From: Fimbriosthenelais zetlandica
Lineage: Eukaryota
NCBI GenBank assembly: GCA_977030845.1
Contig: OZ365109.1
Coordinates: forward strand, 23,560,001 to 23,624,000
Direction: 5' to 3'
Length of the DNA stretch: 64,000 nucleotides
The notes under the pieces were generated by a model. It searched no databases and was not told where the DNA came from. It worked only from the letters and a program-made list of their open reading frames with translations. Both the position numbers and the translations under genes were made by a program. Of this stretch, positions 63,201-64,000 are shown in pieces; within the stretch, counting starts at the first letter, position 1, and every line of letters begins with the position of its first letter.

Positions 63201-64000
63201 GGTGATAATAGAAGGTCATTTAATGTGAAAACATTTAGTGTCTTCCCCCAAGATGTAGCTGAATATAGTTCTCAAATCCCGAACTAGCGCTGCAGATCCC
63301 GTAAATTTGGTACTTGCCAGAATGTGTTCTTTTACACCTCAGTGAACATGATCCCCTCAAAAAGCTCCTTAATGCAGGCTCAGCAAAGGTGGCATACCAT
63401 GTAAGCTGCATATCTAAGTAGCTTTATCATCTCAGACTTCAACACCTTCCTCTATAATACCCTCTTTCAAAGTACCCTTCCTTGCATATTTTTAGATAAA
63501 ACGAGCCAGACGGGAATGAGACTACATGAGAACTTGAGGCCCTTTCCCGTCGACATCCATGTAGTCATTGTCGCAATTTGCATAAAACAGAAAGAAAAAT
63601 CACTGATTAACTTGAATTTGCTTATTAACACACATATTATTGGAGTAAGGGTATTATGTAGTAAGGGTATCTGGGTAGCTTGGTCAAGGGTGTGGGGGAT
63701 GTGAATCTTAAATGCATTAATGCAGTGACCCTTTGGCTTTTGTTTCTAGATATCTCTGCAATCTTTTGGATGCAATCAACCACCACCCATATTTTGCCAC
63801 TTGTGACTTGTGAGTACAATTGTAGCAAGAACATTGCAATGAAAAGATGCAGGAGTCACAAGACAAAAATTCTCTTTTAGACTCATTTTTCACATAGAAA
63901 AGAAATAGATGTCCACTCCAGATGCAGCTCAGTGTCAACGCTTCTGATAAAGCCATCATTGACATCGTTTGTTATTCCCAGCTTTTTTGACAGTTTCCCT

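Larger units (their letters stand above)
32750..64000 (+). other. Probable long first intron (3' end not found in the window)
   Basis: Starts at GT 32750. I found no convincing phase-1 acceptor followed by recognisable coding sequence downstream; the only weak candidate is 48755-48874. Confidence 0.45.

Noticed and set aside
1-64000. Most of the 60-190 aa ORFs in the supplied track as genes
   Set aside because: They overlap on both strands, many start at non-ATG codons, and none shows recognisable domains or consistent exon chains. This is what random eukaryotic non-coding DNA produces.

Overview
This is 64 kb of AT-rich (about 40% GC by eye), almost entirely non-coding eukaryotic DNA. The excess of TACATGTA and TAGGCCTA palindromes and the long poly-C tracts suggest a marine invertebrate, possibly an echinoderm (inference, not established). 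No ORF in the six-frame track resembles a protein family I recognise, and I see no rRNA, tRNA, CRISPR array, reverse transcriptase or intact transposase. The best gene evidence is a plus-strand first coding exon at 32620-32749. It has a strong-context ATG, a signal-peptide-like sequence and an AAG|GTAAGG phase-1 donor. It lies downstream of a promoter-like region with a G4 motif, CCAAT boxes, a CT-rich tract and (GA)10, and is followed by what appears to be a first intron of at least 16 kb and probably more than 31 kb. Directly visible structures are two ~74-bp copies of one small TIR element (4711-4783 and 51071-51239, the second split by a younger ~95-bp foldback element), a 21-bp VNTR, a purine-rich minisatellite and short dispersed repeat fragments. 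The most interesting leads are speculative: a textbook recursive-splice-like site on the minus strand (49020-49049), a possible 53-nt 5' intron that would fuse an upstream ATG to the main frame, and possible transposon-footprint palindromes. I could not support any claim of a new biological system.
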